In this document: piece by piece, positions 45,359 to 57,500 of the stretch
Layout: the number at the start of each line of letters is the position of its first letter
How positions within the stretch are numbered: the first letter of the stretch is position 1
DNA from: Rhizaria sp. SCN 62-66
Lineage: Eukaryota
Direction of reading: 5' to 3'
DNA length: 64,000 nucleotides
Assembly: GCA_001724265.1 (NCBI GenBank)
Contig: MEDY01000082.1
Location: forward strand, 1-64,000
Translations under genes and position numbers: made by a program
The notes under the pieces: model-generated
Databases searched by the model: none
Told to the model about the DNA's origin: nothing
What the model saw: the letters and a program-made list of their open reading frames with translations, nothing else

Positions 45359-48300
45359 ATGAGCAGCACTCCGTCAGAGCAAGCCGGCTCTAGCTCGAGC
45401 TCTTGCTCTGGCTCTGACTACGACTCAATCTGCGCCTCAAGCTCCAGCTCTAGCTTTGATGCTGCGACTACCGCTGTTGCGGCGCCCGTGCTAGCAGGCC
45501 CCGTTCTTTTGTGTAGCGCAACAGCAGCAGCAACATCAGCAGCGTTAGCGTCAAGTGTCGACAACTATGACTCGAGCTTGAGCTCTCGCTCTTGTTTCAG
45601 TTCCAACTCTTATTCGATTATTCATACAGTGTCTCAAGGTCACAGCACCACATACTGCCCTGTCACTCCCTCCTGCTCCTCGGCCAACTGCGACAGTTCT
45701 ACTGCTGCTGCTGTTGCTGCTGCGGCTACCACGCTGGGGGCGCTGAGGCGCGACTGCGACCTCATCGTGAGGCGACTTGTGCCGTCAGCCGCTGACGCTG
45801 CCAAGAAGGCGTCGGCGTACGCTTTCATCACGAAGGTACGGTAATGTTCCGAAGCCTTAGCGAAATCAACTATATTCTGAACAGAATTCCGCACATGGAC
45901 GTTTTCGTCATCTCGACATCACCCCTGTAATCTGTAACGTTGTCTCGCAGTCTCAACAACTCCAACCTTTGGTTCCTTACTCGCCTCTTTATTCGCCTCT
46001 TTGTTGACAGCTGATAACGCGCGCCTACCCCAGCGCACTGCCTTTTCTCTTCGGCTCCACCCCGCTGCGGCTCTGTTTCGCCTCCTCAGACGTCGACGTG
46101 GGAGTCTGTCTCACCGCGGCCGACAGTAGGCACTTTTTCACACGGCTGAGCAGCATGTTGCGGATCTACGCAGACGGCTACGCTCGCGGCCGCCACAATA
46201 ACAACAATAACAACAACAGTAGTAGTGGTAACAGCAGTCATACGGGGACGAGAATGACGAGTCGCCGCAACAGCCACGGCAACATCAGCGCGAGCGCGAC
46301 TGCCAAGAGTGATAAGAGCAATCGGCGCAAGCACCTCGCGCAGGCGCAGTCGTAGAGTCAGAATCAGGGAGTTGCATTGATTCCGCCGCTGGTACCGATG
46401 TGCCGCTCGTGTGCTTACCCTGCTCTCCCGCACACGGGAGCTGCCAGTGCTAGGAGCGCAGCAACAGACGTGGCAACTGCTTCAGTGCAAGTGCAAGACG
46501 AGGGCCGGGGCCGGCTGAGCCTGGGCGTGAGGGCAGCGCTGCTCCTGCAGAATCAGGCTCTACGCATCGGTTACAGTCAAAGCATCAACAGCAACATGAG
46601 CAGCGGCGATCCCAACGGCAATAGCAGTCGTGACAAGAGCGCGTGCAGTGATATCTCGAGAGATGGCAGCGCTCCTGTGTGTGCTGAGGAGGAGCATAAG
46701 AACACTCTCCCTGCCTCAAGCAATTACAACACACAGGCCGATAACAAGAGTAATGTTTTGATTTCTACGAACGGCAGTGCTGTGGCTGGTTGCACTAGCT
46801 CTCGCGTTGTGTGCTGCCGTGTCTGTGGGAAGCCCTTAGACGGCCTCGCAGCCCTTACAACCACACGTAGAGCACCGACCAATAGCACGACCAGTGCAAG
46901 CGCCTTTGATAGCGCCGGCTCTGCTGACGAGGCAACGAACGACTCCACCACTAACATGAGCAGTAGCGTTTTCGCAAGCACACAGGCGAGTGACGCTGAC
47001 AAGAACAACAACAGCAATAACAGCAGCGCGAACGCGACGAGCACCACCGCGAATAGCGCGAATGGGACTGCTGCGAATACTGCGGCTGCGGTCGCTGCGC
47101 CTGGCACCAGCTCTGCCGCTGCCGCGAATGCCGACGCGTGGCTGCCGATCACCGCGCTCACCTTCACCCAGGTACGCATTTATTCATCAACTCAACGCTA
47201 TTGACATTTTCCCTGAACTTCGATGTCTGGTTTTATGTTCTCTTTATATATTCTGCATTCTCTCTAAACACTCTTCTCCATTTCTCTTTTCTTCCCCCTA
47301 AACGCATCTCAACACGCAGGCCGAAGTGCCCGTGCTCAAGTGCAACATCGCGGGCGTCTCGGTCGACATCACCACCAACACCGCTGCCGCCGTGGCCACC
47401 GCGCGCGCCACCGAAGCCCTCGCCACCGCCATCGGCCGCGGGTCTCTGCTCAAGCGCTCCGTGCTGCTCTGCAAGGCGTGGTGTGGTGACGAAGCCAAGG
47501 CGCTGGGCTCGTCGGTGTTCATGCTGTCTTCGTGTGCGCTCACGGTCATGGTGTTCTACGTCGTCAACTTCCACATGCGGCTAAACTTAGCGACGAATAC
47601 CAAGGGCCGCCTGAGCTTAAAGCAGCACGCGGGTGAGGGCCGCGGCGCAGACTCGGACTCCGGGCCACACGCGGGATCTGGCGGCAGTGGCGAGAGCGAG
47701 GGTGCGGATGTAAGTACCCCCTTAGACGTGCTGCTGGTGTTCCTGCGCGTGTTTGCCACGTTCGACTTCTCTCGCTTTGCGGTGACTGTCGCGGGGCCTG
47801 TGGGCGTGCGCAACCCAGCGCACCCGCCATTGACTGCCCCTTGCCCCCCACCCCCCCAGCCACTGCAGTCTCAGCCTTATCCTCCGTCTGAGTCCGGCGT
47901 ACCGTCGCGGTCGCAGCCTCCGTGTCTGTCTCAGTCTCAGTCGCAGTCTCCGCGGGTGAGCTTTGCGGGTCGGCTGGCTGCGGGGGCGCTCGCAGGAGTG
48001 GATAGTGTAGGTGCTGGTGGTACTTACAATAGTGTAAGTGCCGCTGCGCACCTATGCACTCGTTTCACGCTACCCTTGCCTGTGCAATCCACCGCCACTC
48101 CCACTGCCATTGCCACTGCCACTTCAACTGTTGCTGCTGCCACAGCTGCCGTGACTGAGAGCTGCACGCACAGCTCAAGCGGCGTTGGCGCGAGTCCCAG
48201 TGCGCGCGTCAGCGTTGCGGGTGCCGCTGTTGGAGTCGACGTCAACGTCACCGTCAACACTGACACCGAGACCGGCAGTGACGGCGAGAGCGAGAGCGCG

Positions 48301-51300
48301 AGCAATGCCGAGAGCGACAGCGAGGCCGTTGCGGCGATCGCGATCACGGCTGCCGGCGCGAGTGAGAGCGACGACGACGACGACGGTGCCACCAACACTG
48401 CGAACGCTGGCCATACGAGCCCTACACACAACAAGACGAAGGCTGCCGCGGCTGCGAGCGCTGCTACTGCCGCTCCTGCTGCCATCGCGACTGATGCAGC
48501 TGCTGCCGCTTTGGCCCCTGTCGCGACTGCACATGTGGCGACTGTGTACACTGCTAGTGCGCCCGTCTCGGTCGTCGCCGCGGCCCCTGTGGTGGTTGCG
48601 CCGACCGCCGTTGCGCTGGGCCTGCCCTACCCCACTCTGCCGCTCGCTCAGTACTACAAGAACAACAGTATTCACAGCAACAACAACAACTTCAACAGCA
48701 GCAGTCTAGGGAATGTTAGCGCGCGCGGCAGTTACGACGGGGACGGCGACTGTGATGACGAATGCCAGTGTAGCTGCGGCTGCTGCTCTGGCGCTGAGCC
48801 GGCGGCTTGTTTTCATTACAAGCCGCTGGTGCCGCTGAAGGCGTTGCAGGACATTCTGCTCTCGTCTAGTAATGCCACGGACAAGGACGTTGCTGACTTC
48901 AAGTCGATCGCCGCAGTCACTTCGCGCGGCAGCAACGCCAACGCACCTGATACGAGCTCAAGCTCTCGTGCTGTTGCTGATGTATTGGCGAATAGCACAA
49001 GTAACGCACCTATTGCAGTGAATACCTGCGAGCAAGAGAGTGAAGAAAAGTTGACGACCGCTAGTTCAAGCTCCAGCTCTAGTCAAGGTGATTGCACTTG
49101 TACGTGCTCTTCTTCTCGTCGCCAAGGCGGCTTGACATCCTCAACTGGCGGCTTATCTTTCGGCAACACGCTGTTCTGGCTGTCGGCCTCAAAGCCCCCG
49201 CTATTTCTCTCAACCACAAGCACGGCCAACGGCCACTCTGCTCACAGTCACTCTGCTCACGGTCACCCTACTCACGGTCACGGGCACGCTCACGGCCACT
49301 CTCACAGCCACACGCCGCCTGTGTTGTCGCGCGCTCCGACGCCCGTTCCCGGCGCAGTCTCCGCAACAACTGCAACAGCAACAGCAACAGTGGCTGCAAC
49401 TAACCCTGTTGCTGTGGGCGTGGCCCCGGGCGTGGCCACGGTTGAGATGACCGCTGTGCCCGCCGCAGTCGCTGCCGCGACAACGGCAGCGCCCACGGTC
49501 ACTAGCTCTGCAGCCACAGCCACTGCGCCTGCTGCAGCAGTGCCCGCAGTCGCAGTGACAATGCCCACGGTCACTTCTGCGCAGCCCACGGTCACGACCG
49601 CGCACTCGCCGCCGCTGCCCGTGCTGCCCACTGCGCTCACAGTCACCGACATCCTCGACTGCACGCGGAATGTAGGCCGCTCGGTCTGCGCTGCGGCGGC
49701 GGCGCGGCTGCAGGGCGCCTGTCGCCGCGCGCTTGCCACGATCGCTGTCGCGGTCACTGCGCAGAGCCGCATCAACAACCGCAGCGCTGACGCTATGCCC
49801 TCTAACGGTACTTACACCGGGTCTAAGGGTACTTCCACCGGGTCTACTTGCGGTTGGGGCGCTGCGAGCGCTGTGGCCGCTGCGCTGGCTCTGGAGCCGT
49901 TGCCGACCGACTGCCCCGTTGCGCTGGCGTCGCTGCAAAACGAGGTGGCGACCGTCACGCTCCAACAGCAACAGCAACGCATGAACAACTACAACAACAA
50001 CAACGCGGCAAGCGTTCGTGACGGTAATGGGAGTGAGTGGCTGTTGCCGCTGTTGTTTCCTGTGCTGTCACGGGCGCTTTTCCCGTCCTCGTTCAGCTAC
50101 AGCAGCAGTCTCGCCAACGCAAAAGGCGCGATTGCTGCAACCAGTGCGACCGAGACGGGTTGTGTGAGTAGTTTGCGCCCGCCGTCGTGCAAGTACCCCC
50201 TTAGCCGCGAGTGCAAGTGCTCCTGGTGTAAGGGCTCTGCCGATGTTGACTTGACTGGTGACTCGCGCAAAATCGACAAGATTTATTCTTTGGTCAAGGC
50301 CTACACTGCTGCAACGACGGCAGCAGCGGCCGCGGCGGCAGCGGCCGACAGCGGTGGCAACGGTGTTCGCGGTGGCGGTGGCGGGAACATTAGCCGCGGC
50401 GGCTCTCCGTTCCTCAATAGCACAACCAACAATCCGAAGCAGTATCACACGGACGGCGGCCATTACCGCGGCAGCAATGCCCACAGTCACTACCGCGGCG
50501 GCGGCGGTGGCGCCCACGGTCACTCTGCTCACGGCCACGGTCACGTCCACGGCCACCGTCACGGCTACAATAATCACCAGTCCCAGCAGTACCCGCAGCA
50601 GCATTACTACCAGCAGCAGCAACAGCAGCAGCACGGTGCCTCTGTCCCGGCGGGCATGGCGACCCACACGCCGTCTCAGTCCCCGTCGCCGTCGCCGTCG
50701 CACTCGTACGCGCACTTGCACTCACTGTCGCATCTGCAGTCGCTGGGGCAGCAGGCCCAGGGCCAGGAGCACAGGCAGCAGCAACAGCAGCAACAACAGC
50801 AGGGGTATTATAGGGCGCATACGCCGCCGCTGCACTCGCAGTCGAGCTATAACCACGGCAATAATAGCGGCGAAGGCAATCAGTGCCAGTACCAGCAGCA
50901 GCAATATGGTGGTAATCAGCAGCAATCTGGTAACAACAGCAACGGCGGTTATTATGGCAACCATAGCGCTGGCGGCAAGCAGCAGCAGGGCTGGGGCAGG
51001 TCCTATTCGAACTCCTCGCTGTCACGGCCGCAGTCGCCTTCTTTGCACACGGCCAACGCCCACAACCAGCACGGCGGCAAACAGCAGGGGCAGCAGCAGC
51101 AGCAGTCGCGGTCGCGTCCGCCGTCTCGGTCGCAGACGCCCTCGTTGCCGCAGCAACAGCAGCAGCAACACTCTGGTAACGTGAACAACAGCTCAGAGCA
51201 GATGCAAAGCAACAGCAACAACGCCAAGAGTGCTCCTGCGAACAACAACAAGCCTGCTGTTGACGCTGCATCCAGCGCCGCTGCTAGCGGCAACAGCAGC

Positions 51301-52425
51301 AGCGAGCAGTCTCATCAGCAGCAGCCGCCGCAGCCGCTGACGTACGCCGAGCGCATCAGGCGCGCGGGCGCCACCCTCAGCGCGTTCACGGCAGGGGTTC
51401 AAGCTGCCTCCGCCGCGGCCGCTGCTGCTTCTGCAGCCGCTGCCGCCGCAGCCGCCGCCGCTGCTGCGAGCAACACCGGCACGTCTGCCGTCAGTGCTGG
51501 CACTGTAGCGAGTGCGAGTGGCGGCGGCGGCGGCGGCGGCGTCGGTTTGCCGCCGCCGTCGCCGTCGCCGTCGGTGCTGCACAAGAGCGGCGGCGGCAGC
51601 AGCGCGATGACGCAAGCGCAGCGGCTGCTGCTGGCGCACAAAGAGCGCTCGGACAAGCTCGCGCTAACTTTTGCGTCGAACAACAGCAGCAGCAAGGCCA
51701 ACGCGAGCCTGAGTGCCAAGACGGGTGCTCCGGGCGCTGCCGTGACCGCTGCTGCGGGGAATAATAAGGCCGCTTCTGCTGGTGTCAATACCATGGCAGC
51801 TAATCTAACTGCTGGTGCTCCTCCCAGGTCTCCGGTCAAGCCGAGCAATACAAGCGCCTATAGCGGTGTCGCTGGTAGCAATGCTGCTGGCTCTGGCTCT
51901 AGCTCCGGCTTTGTCGCCGTTAATGCGGGCGCAATCGGCAGCTGGCGCAGTAACGCCGCCAGCCCTAGCACGAGCGCTAGAGCGAATGCGAGTGCTAGTG
52001 CTAACGCTACGAAGCATTCTGAGATCTCTACCGCGAGCACTCCTGTCGCAACGGCCGCGACTGCTGAGGCTGCCGCTAAGGGTGATTCCGCCACGACTAA
52101 CTCTAGTGGCGACATCGACGATGACGACGACGATGACGACGACGGCAGGCCCGTTGACATCACCGACATCAGCGGCAGCAGCCGCGATGTGGGCCGCGCC
52201 GCCCGCGTCTTCTCGGCGGCGGCGCTTACGAGGGCACTCGCGGCGGCGACCGGCATGAGTTCGCCGCACTTGCTCGCCGCGGGCAATCACTCTCACAACA
52301 ACAGCAACAATAACAGCAACAACAACAGTAACGCGAATGCCAATGCCCACGCGGGCTCTGGCGCGGCTGCGACAGACGCTGGCGCGAATAGTGACGCGAA
52401 CGCGAGTCTTAACAAAACAGGCTAA
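45359..52425 (+). CDS. Non-canonical poly(A) polymerase/terminal nucleotidyltransferase-family protein (Pol-beta NTase plus PAP/OAS1 substrate-binding-type domain), ~2247 aa; exons 45359-45835, 46011-47171, 47320-52425; one in-frame TAG at 46353-46355
   Basis: FGSTPLRLCFASSDVDV (GS + DxD), AEVPVLKC...VDIT (third Asp), LLKRSVLLCKAWC, PLDVLLVFLRVFATFDF...GPV, DILDCTRNVGRSV. Two phase-0 introns. Stop TAA. Confidence 0.85.
45836..46010 (+). other. Spliceosomal intron (175 nt)
   Basis: GTACGG donor, ...ttgttgacAG acceptor, phase 0. Confidence 0.82.
47172..47319 (+). other. Spliceosomal intron (148 nt)
   Basis: GTACGC donor, T/C-rich body, CAG acceptor; join gives TFTQ-AEVPVLKC. Confidence 0.9.
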
Positions 52426-52899
52426 CAATTGGCACAGCTGTTTAAGTTAGTTTGAGGAGGTCGAAGTCAGTCACTGCGGTGACGATGACTGCAAGTGAAA
52501 TCTCAGGACATATGTGATACCAGTCATAATTACATGTAGAAATACTCATCGAAGTTGATTTCAATGCTACAATAAGAGAGATTCGTCGTATCTTTTGTTA
52601 ATAACACCAGTGTACAAAGCAGTGTTCCTTTTTGTTTTCATTTCTTGTTTTGTTTTCGTTCTAAACTGAGTTATTTACACGTGTACTTTCGATATCTAGC
52701 CAAAATTCTTGTGAAATACAACAATTCAATTCAATTCTCCCAATTACGTCCTCGTAAATTCATCAACTGCTCGAGAAAAAGTACATTTGTATTCATAAAT
52801 CGGCCCTGCAACGGTCGGCCTGCCCTTACAGCGCACAGCGCACGGTCACACTCACTGCTGCAGCATGGTTAAACCATCACTCAGGAGTAAGCCACTTGC

Positions 52900-53982
52900 T
52901 CAATCGCTTTCACTGCCACTGTCACTGTCGTCCTCAGCCTTTGCCTCAGCCTTGTTGGTATCATCATCGACACCAGGCTCAGTTGCAATCCCAGCAGCAG
53001 CGGCGGCAGCAGCGGCAGCGGCGGCAGCGCGTTTCTTGGCCTTATTAGCTTTTTTTTTCGCGCTCTTTTTGGCCCTCTTGGCGGCCTCCGCTTCGGCCTC
53101 CGCCTCCGACCGGCTCACGGTCACCGTGGTCACCGTCCCGTCGCTGGCCGTCACCGTCTTGGTGGTTGTCGTCGAGGCGGGGAGTGCGATCGACACGATG
53201 GCGGGCGCCTTGAGCGGTTTAGCGGGCATGGGCAGGCAGGCGAGCTCGCTGGCGAGGTCGGCAAACGAGGCGCGGGCGCGCTTGGGGGCGCCGGAGCCAA
53301 ACAAGCCAGAGCCAGAGCCGGAGCCAGAGCTGGAGCGAGATGACGAGGCGAAGTAACTGCCACTCGCATTCGCGATGCTGTTGACGCTCATAGATGCGCT
53401 GTTGCTGCTGTGAGTGGCGCGGGACGGCGTGGGGGCAGACGGGCGCGCGGCGACGGTGGCGGTGCGGCTGTCTTCGTCGTCGCTGTCGCTGTCGCCGCTA
53501 GCACCGTACTTGGACGAGCCGGAGCTTGACTTGAAGCTGCTGCCGCCACTGCTCTTCTTACCGCCGGTCTTGCCGCCCACGCTCGCGCTGCCGGCGGCGG
53601 AGATCGTTGGAATAGAGTCGAGGTGCGCCTCGTTGACCGCGTCCTCCTTGGCCTCGCGTTGTTTCGCGCGTTGCCCGCCCGTGATATGAGCGAGAACGTT
53701 CTTGTCCCCGGCGCGCGAGAGCGAGAAGCCGCGCTCGGCGTCGCGCGCAGCTTCCGCGGCCGCCGCGGCCTCCGCCTGGCTGCTCTGTCGCGTCGCGCCA
53801 ACGCCGAGGCGCGAGGAGCGGTGGACGGTCGCGCTGACGCTCTTGCTCGCGTCGACGACGTTAGCGGCGTTGGCAGCGGTGGAGAGGGAGGAGGTGCGGG
53901 AGTCATCGTCGGAGTCGTCGTCGCCGAAGAACGAGTTGACCATCGACGAGATGGCGTTGCGTTTGGAGTTGACGAACGACAT
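52900..53982 (-). CDS. Hypothetical low-complexity protein, 360 aa (Ser/Ala-rich, basic C-terminal cluster)
   Basis: ATG-to-TGA ORF with coding-like GC3; RLGVGA segment; KRAKKSAKKKANKAKKR possible nuclear/nucleolar signal. Confidence 0.75.
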   Translation of the reverse strand: MSFVNSKRNAISSMVNSFFGDDDSDDDSRTSSLSTAANAANVVDASKSVSATVHRSSRLGVGATRQSSQAEAAAAAEAARDAERGFSLSRAGDKNVLAHITGGQRAKQREAKEDAVNEAHLDSIPTISAAGSASVGGKTGGKKSSGGSSFKSSSGSSKYGASGDSDSDDEDSRTATVAARPSAPTPSRATHSSNSASMSVNSIANASGSYFASSSRSSSGSGSGSGLFGSGAPKRARASFADLASELACLPMPAKPLKAPAIVSIALPASTTTTKTVTASDGTVTTVTVSRSEAEAEAEAAKRAKKSAKKKANKAKKRAAAAAAAAAAAAGIATEPGVDDDTNKAEAKAEDDSDSGSESD

Positions 53983-54518
53983 GATTGCCGGGGAGAGTGT
54001 AGTAAAGCTGGAGAGTTGTGGAGAGTTGCTGTGGGGGCGTGTGGGTTGCGGTTAAAATGGCGAGGGAAGTGGGTACGGACATGGCAGAGTGTGAGAGATA
54101 TATAAGGCTCGTGACATTATTATTATATTCATGAACATAAGTCGTATTGTGAAATTTGAATCATTTCGCCGCATTGCGTTTTACGGAAACTGCATTGAGT
54201 TCTCGAAGAATGAAGTTCATCGCTTTTGCAAAGCTTCGCGAGCAGTTAAGCTTCGTTCCTAACTTGAAACCGTCACCGATAGATATTTATGTGTATATCT
54301 CGGTTCAAGTGTGACTAATTCACTTATATTTAGAGTATATTATTGTTAATGCAGAGTTTCATACTGGGCATTTGTATTTTAACAAAGGGGTTTTAGCTAC
54401 GCCAGATATCAAGTGTGTGTGTTAGGAAGTGCTAAAGGAATAAACAAGGAGGAGATATATACAGAAAACTAGTTATGGTGACTTCAACAAACGGCAGCCG
54501 GGGTAATATAAAGGATAT

Positions 54519-57500
54519 TTAGTAATAGTTCTCGAGGTAGGACGCGTCAGACGGCGCATACAGGACACCTTCAGGAGACATAGGCGGTGGCTGCAGCTGT
54601 GGCTGTGACGGCGACTTAATGTTCATGTTGCCAGTCGTGATCGTGCCGTTTTTGGAGCTTGCGTTGTTGTTGGACTGGCTAGATGTGCGCAGTGGCGAGA
54701 AAACACGCGCGAACGCATTGCTACTTGTTCGACGAGGACCAGTGCCAACGGCAGCAACTGGCGTTGCCTCCGTGGCTGCCGCCGCTGCCACTGCGCTCAT
54801 GTCCTTCATTGGAGTGCTAAGGCTGCCAACTGACGCGCTGTCCTCGTCTGAGGGCGCGCTTAGACCGGCTAAGGGGTCCATAGCCTTAGGCACAATCGAC
54901 CGACGCAGGCGCCGCAGCGCACTCCCAGGGATGCAGGCACTTACATTGGTCGCCGAGAAGGCACTTACACTTACACTGACACTCTGCGGGCTCCAAGGAG
55001 CAGCTGCGTTGCCGCACTTGGCCGGGCTGAGCAGATACTTAGAGGGGCTACGCACGCCGTTTGTGGGACTAAGTACCCCCTTAGCCAGCGTCAGCAGAGA
55101 CTTGCGACGCCTAGCCGATTGTAAGGGGGAGCGGGGCGACTGGAGGTACTTACTCTGCGAAGGAGAGTGCATGTGTAAGGGGGAACGGGGACTCAGGAGC
55201 AGCAGCATGTCTTTGTGCTGGTTATCATCGACTTCGCTCAAACCAGCAACAGCGTGCTTGGCGTCACCGGCGTTGTTCGCAGTGTTATCGTCCCCAAACA
55301 GGTCGTGCCCGCTGCTGAGACTCACGGTCACGGTGACGCTATTGCGAGCAGCACTGGCGCTCAACGCGTAGTCGCAGTTGTAGCTGCTTGTGTTTGTGCT
55401 GAAGTGGTTGCTGCGGGGAGCCAGGAACAGACGCTGTGGCGTGAAAAACGGGTGGCGATGAGACTTAACCCTCGCGCTCGCGCTCGTGCTTGCACAAGCA
55501 TTAGCGTTACCATCAGCAGTCTTCGAAACCGGAGTGTTGCTGCTGCTGTTGCCGGAAGCCATCGACGCCCTGCGCTTGCTACTCTTGCCCTTGCTGTAGC
55601 TCTTACGGCGGCGTTGCTTGTCCGCCGCGACATCTTCATGACCACTCCTCTTGTTTACACCGCTGGTACTGTTGTTGTGGTTGGTTAGAACACCGCCAAC
55701 AAACCAGCTGAAGTCGTGCCCTGCAGCGTCGCTATTGCTGTTGCTGATAGCGCTAACACTCTCGCAGTCAGGCCTGGGAGCGCCGTAGCCAACGCTACTG
55801 CGGTTACTTCCGCGGCCACTGCAGTATGAGTCGTTATCATCGTTGTCGTCAACGGCGTCGTTGTGAGTGTAACCGCGGATAGTTGCAGCACTGGTGTTAT
55901 CAAGAGCAGCAGTGCCATTCGCATTGTTGCGGTGACTAAGAGCAGCGGAGTGACTGTGAGCAGGCGAAACCATCGATGAGCCCGAGTCTGATCCGAACGG
56001 GGTACTTACATCCTTCCTCACACCACTCGCCCCCGTGTAAGGGGTGTTGCCCACAGCGCTGCCGCTCAGCCGCAGCTCAACGGCAGCGCCTCCAGCAGCA
56101 GCGGCGGCGGCAGCGGCGGCAATGCTGGCCTTGTTAGCGCCAGCAGCGGCGGCGGCGGCAACGGCAGCGGCAGCAGCGGCTGTGGCGGCGGCTGCGGCGC
56201 GCGCAGTGTTGCGGCAGGGGGTACCTTGTCCAGCCGTGTACGCGTAAGTAGAACTCGCAGCAACACTGACGTTGTTGCCGCGAAGCCCATAACCCAGATA
56301 ATCGTCGTTGTCGTTGTCTGAGCAGCTGCTGGCGTCGACGGGGCAGTAAAACAACGCGACCTCAGCCTCGGCCTCAGCCTCCGCAGCGGCCTCCGCAGCG
56401 GCCTCGGCAGCAGTCTTGCTGCCGCGCTTGCTAGATGCCGTCGGTGTGTTGGCTGCGTTGCCGTATACAGCGCTACTATTAATAGGGTTCGCCATGGGAG
56501 TGTTGGTGTTGGTGGTTGTACCGTAGCAACGCACGTAGCGTGTGAGCGGCGTTGCGCTGCTACCTTTAGCACCGCCGCTTACACCAGCAGAGGCGAGGCC
56601 CTTAGACTTCGCTCTGGGGGTACTTAGACCTCCCCCGAGGAGAGCGCTTAAACTCGCAGACACAGTCGACTGCTGTTGCTGCTGCTGTTGTTGATGCTGT
56701 AGCTGCTTTTGCTGCTTTTTTGCCAACGCCGCTGCAGCAGCCTCGGCCTTAGCAGCAGCCTTAGCAGCAACCTTAGCCTCAGCCTCCTCCTTCTCGGCCT
56801 TGGCTTTCTCTTGCTTCAGCACCATCGCTCGGTACTTAGCGTCACTGGCCATCTTACTTGCATGCGCGCGCTGCTCCTGCCGCTGCGCAAGGATCTGCGC
56901 ACGCTCTTGCTCGGCCTTGGCCTCCTCAAAGGTAAGCCGCGTCCGCAAGGCGGGCAGACTGGAGGCGATCTCAGACACCAAAGCGGGGCCAGCGTCAACC
57001 GCCGCTCCTGTGAAGTGACTGCAGTTAGCCCTAGCAGGAGAGTCGTTATGCGCACTCTCGCTGCTAGAGTGAGTGCTGCAGCCGTCGCTGAACAGCTCGG
57101 GGAACGCTGCGCTCGTAAGCGCCTTGGTAGACACAACCCACGTGCCTGCGTGTTGAATCGCGTCAGAAGCGGCGATGAAGCTGTCCGCAGTCGCCAGCCT
57201 CGGCGCGCACAGTGACAATAGAGCGAAGCCAAAGCAGCAGAGCACGGCGCAGGCGCGGTCATATTGACGAGGCGACGACAAAGGCATGCAATCAGACTGT
57301 GACTGCAACAGCAGCGAAAGCTGATGTTGTTGCTGCTCTTGCTTTGCAGTCTCAGCGTCACTGCTAAGGCTCGTGTTTGAGCTGTCAGTGGTCTTTTGAG
57401 ATAGCAAGGTTTCAGTGTTCCCAAGGTAGCATTGCGCGAAAACACAGTCCCATACAACGGCAGCGCACTCGGCGGGGATATACGTGAAAAACAGGCACAG

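Noticed and set aside
15640-46355. Pyrrolysine decoding or A-to-I editing of UAG to Trp
   Set aside because: Pyrrolysine is not known in eukaryotes, and Trp fits the contexts poorly (AQAQS*SQNQ). Editing is disfavoured but cannot be excluded without RNA data.
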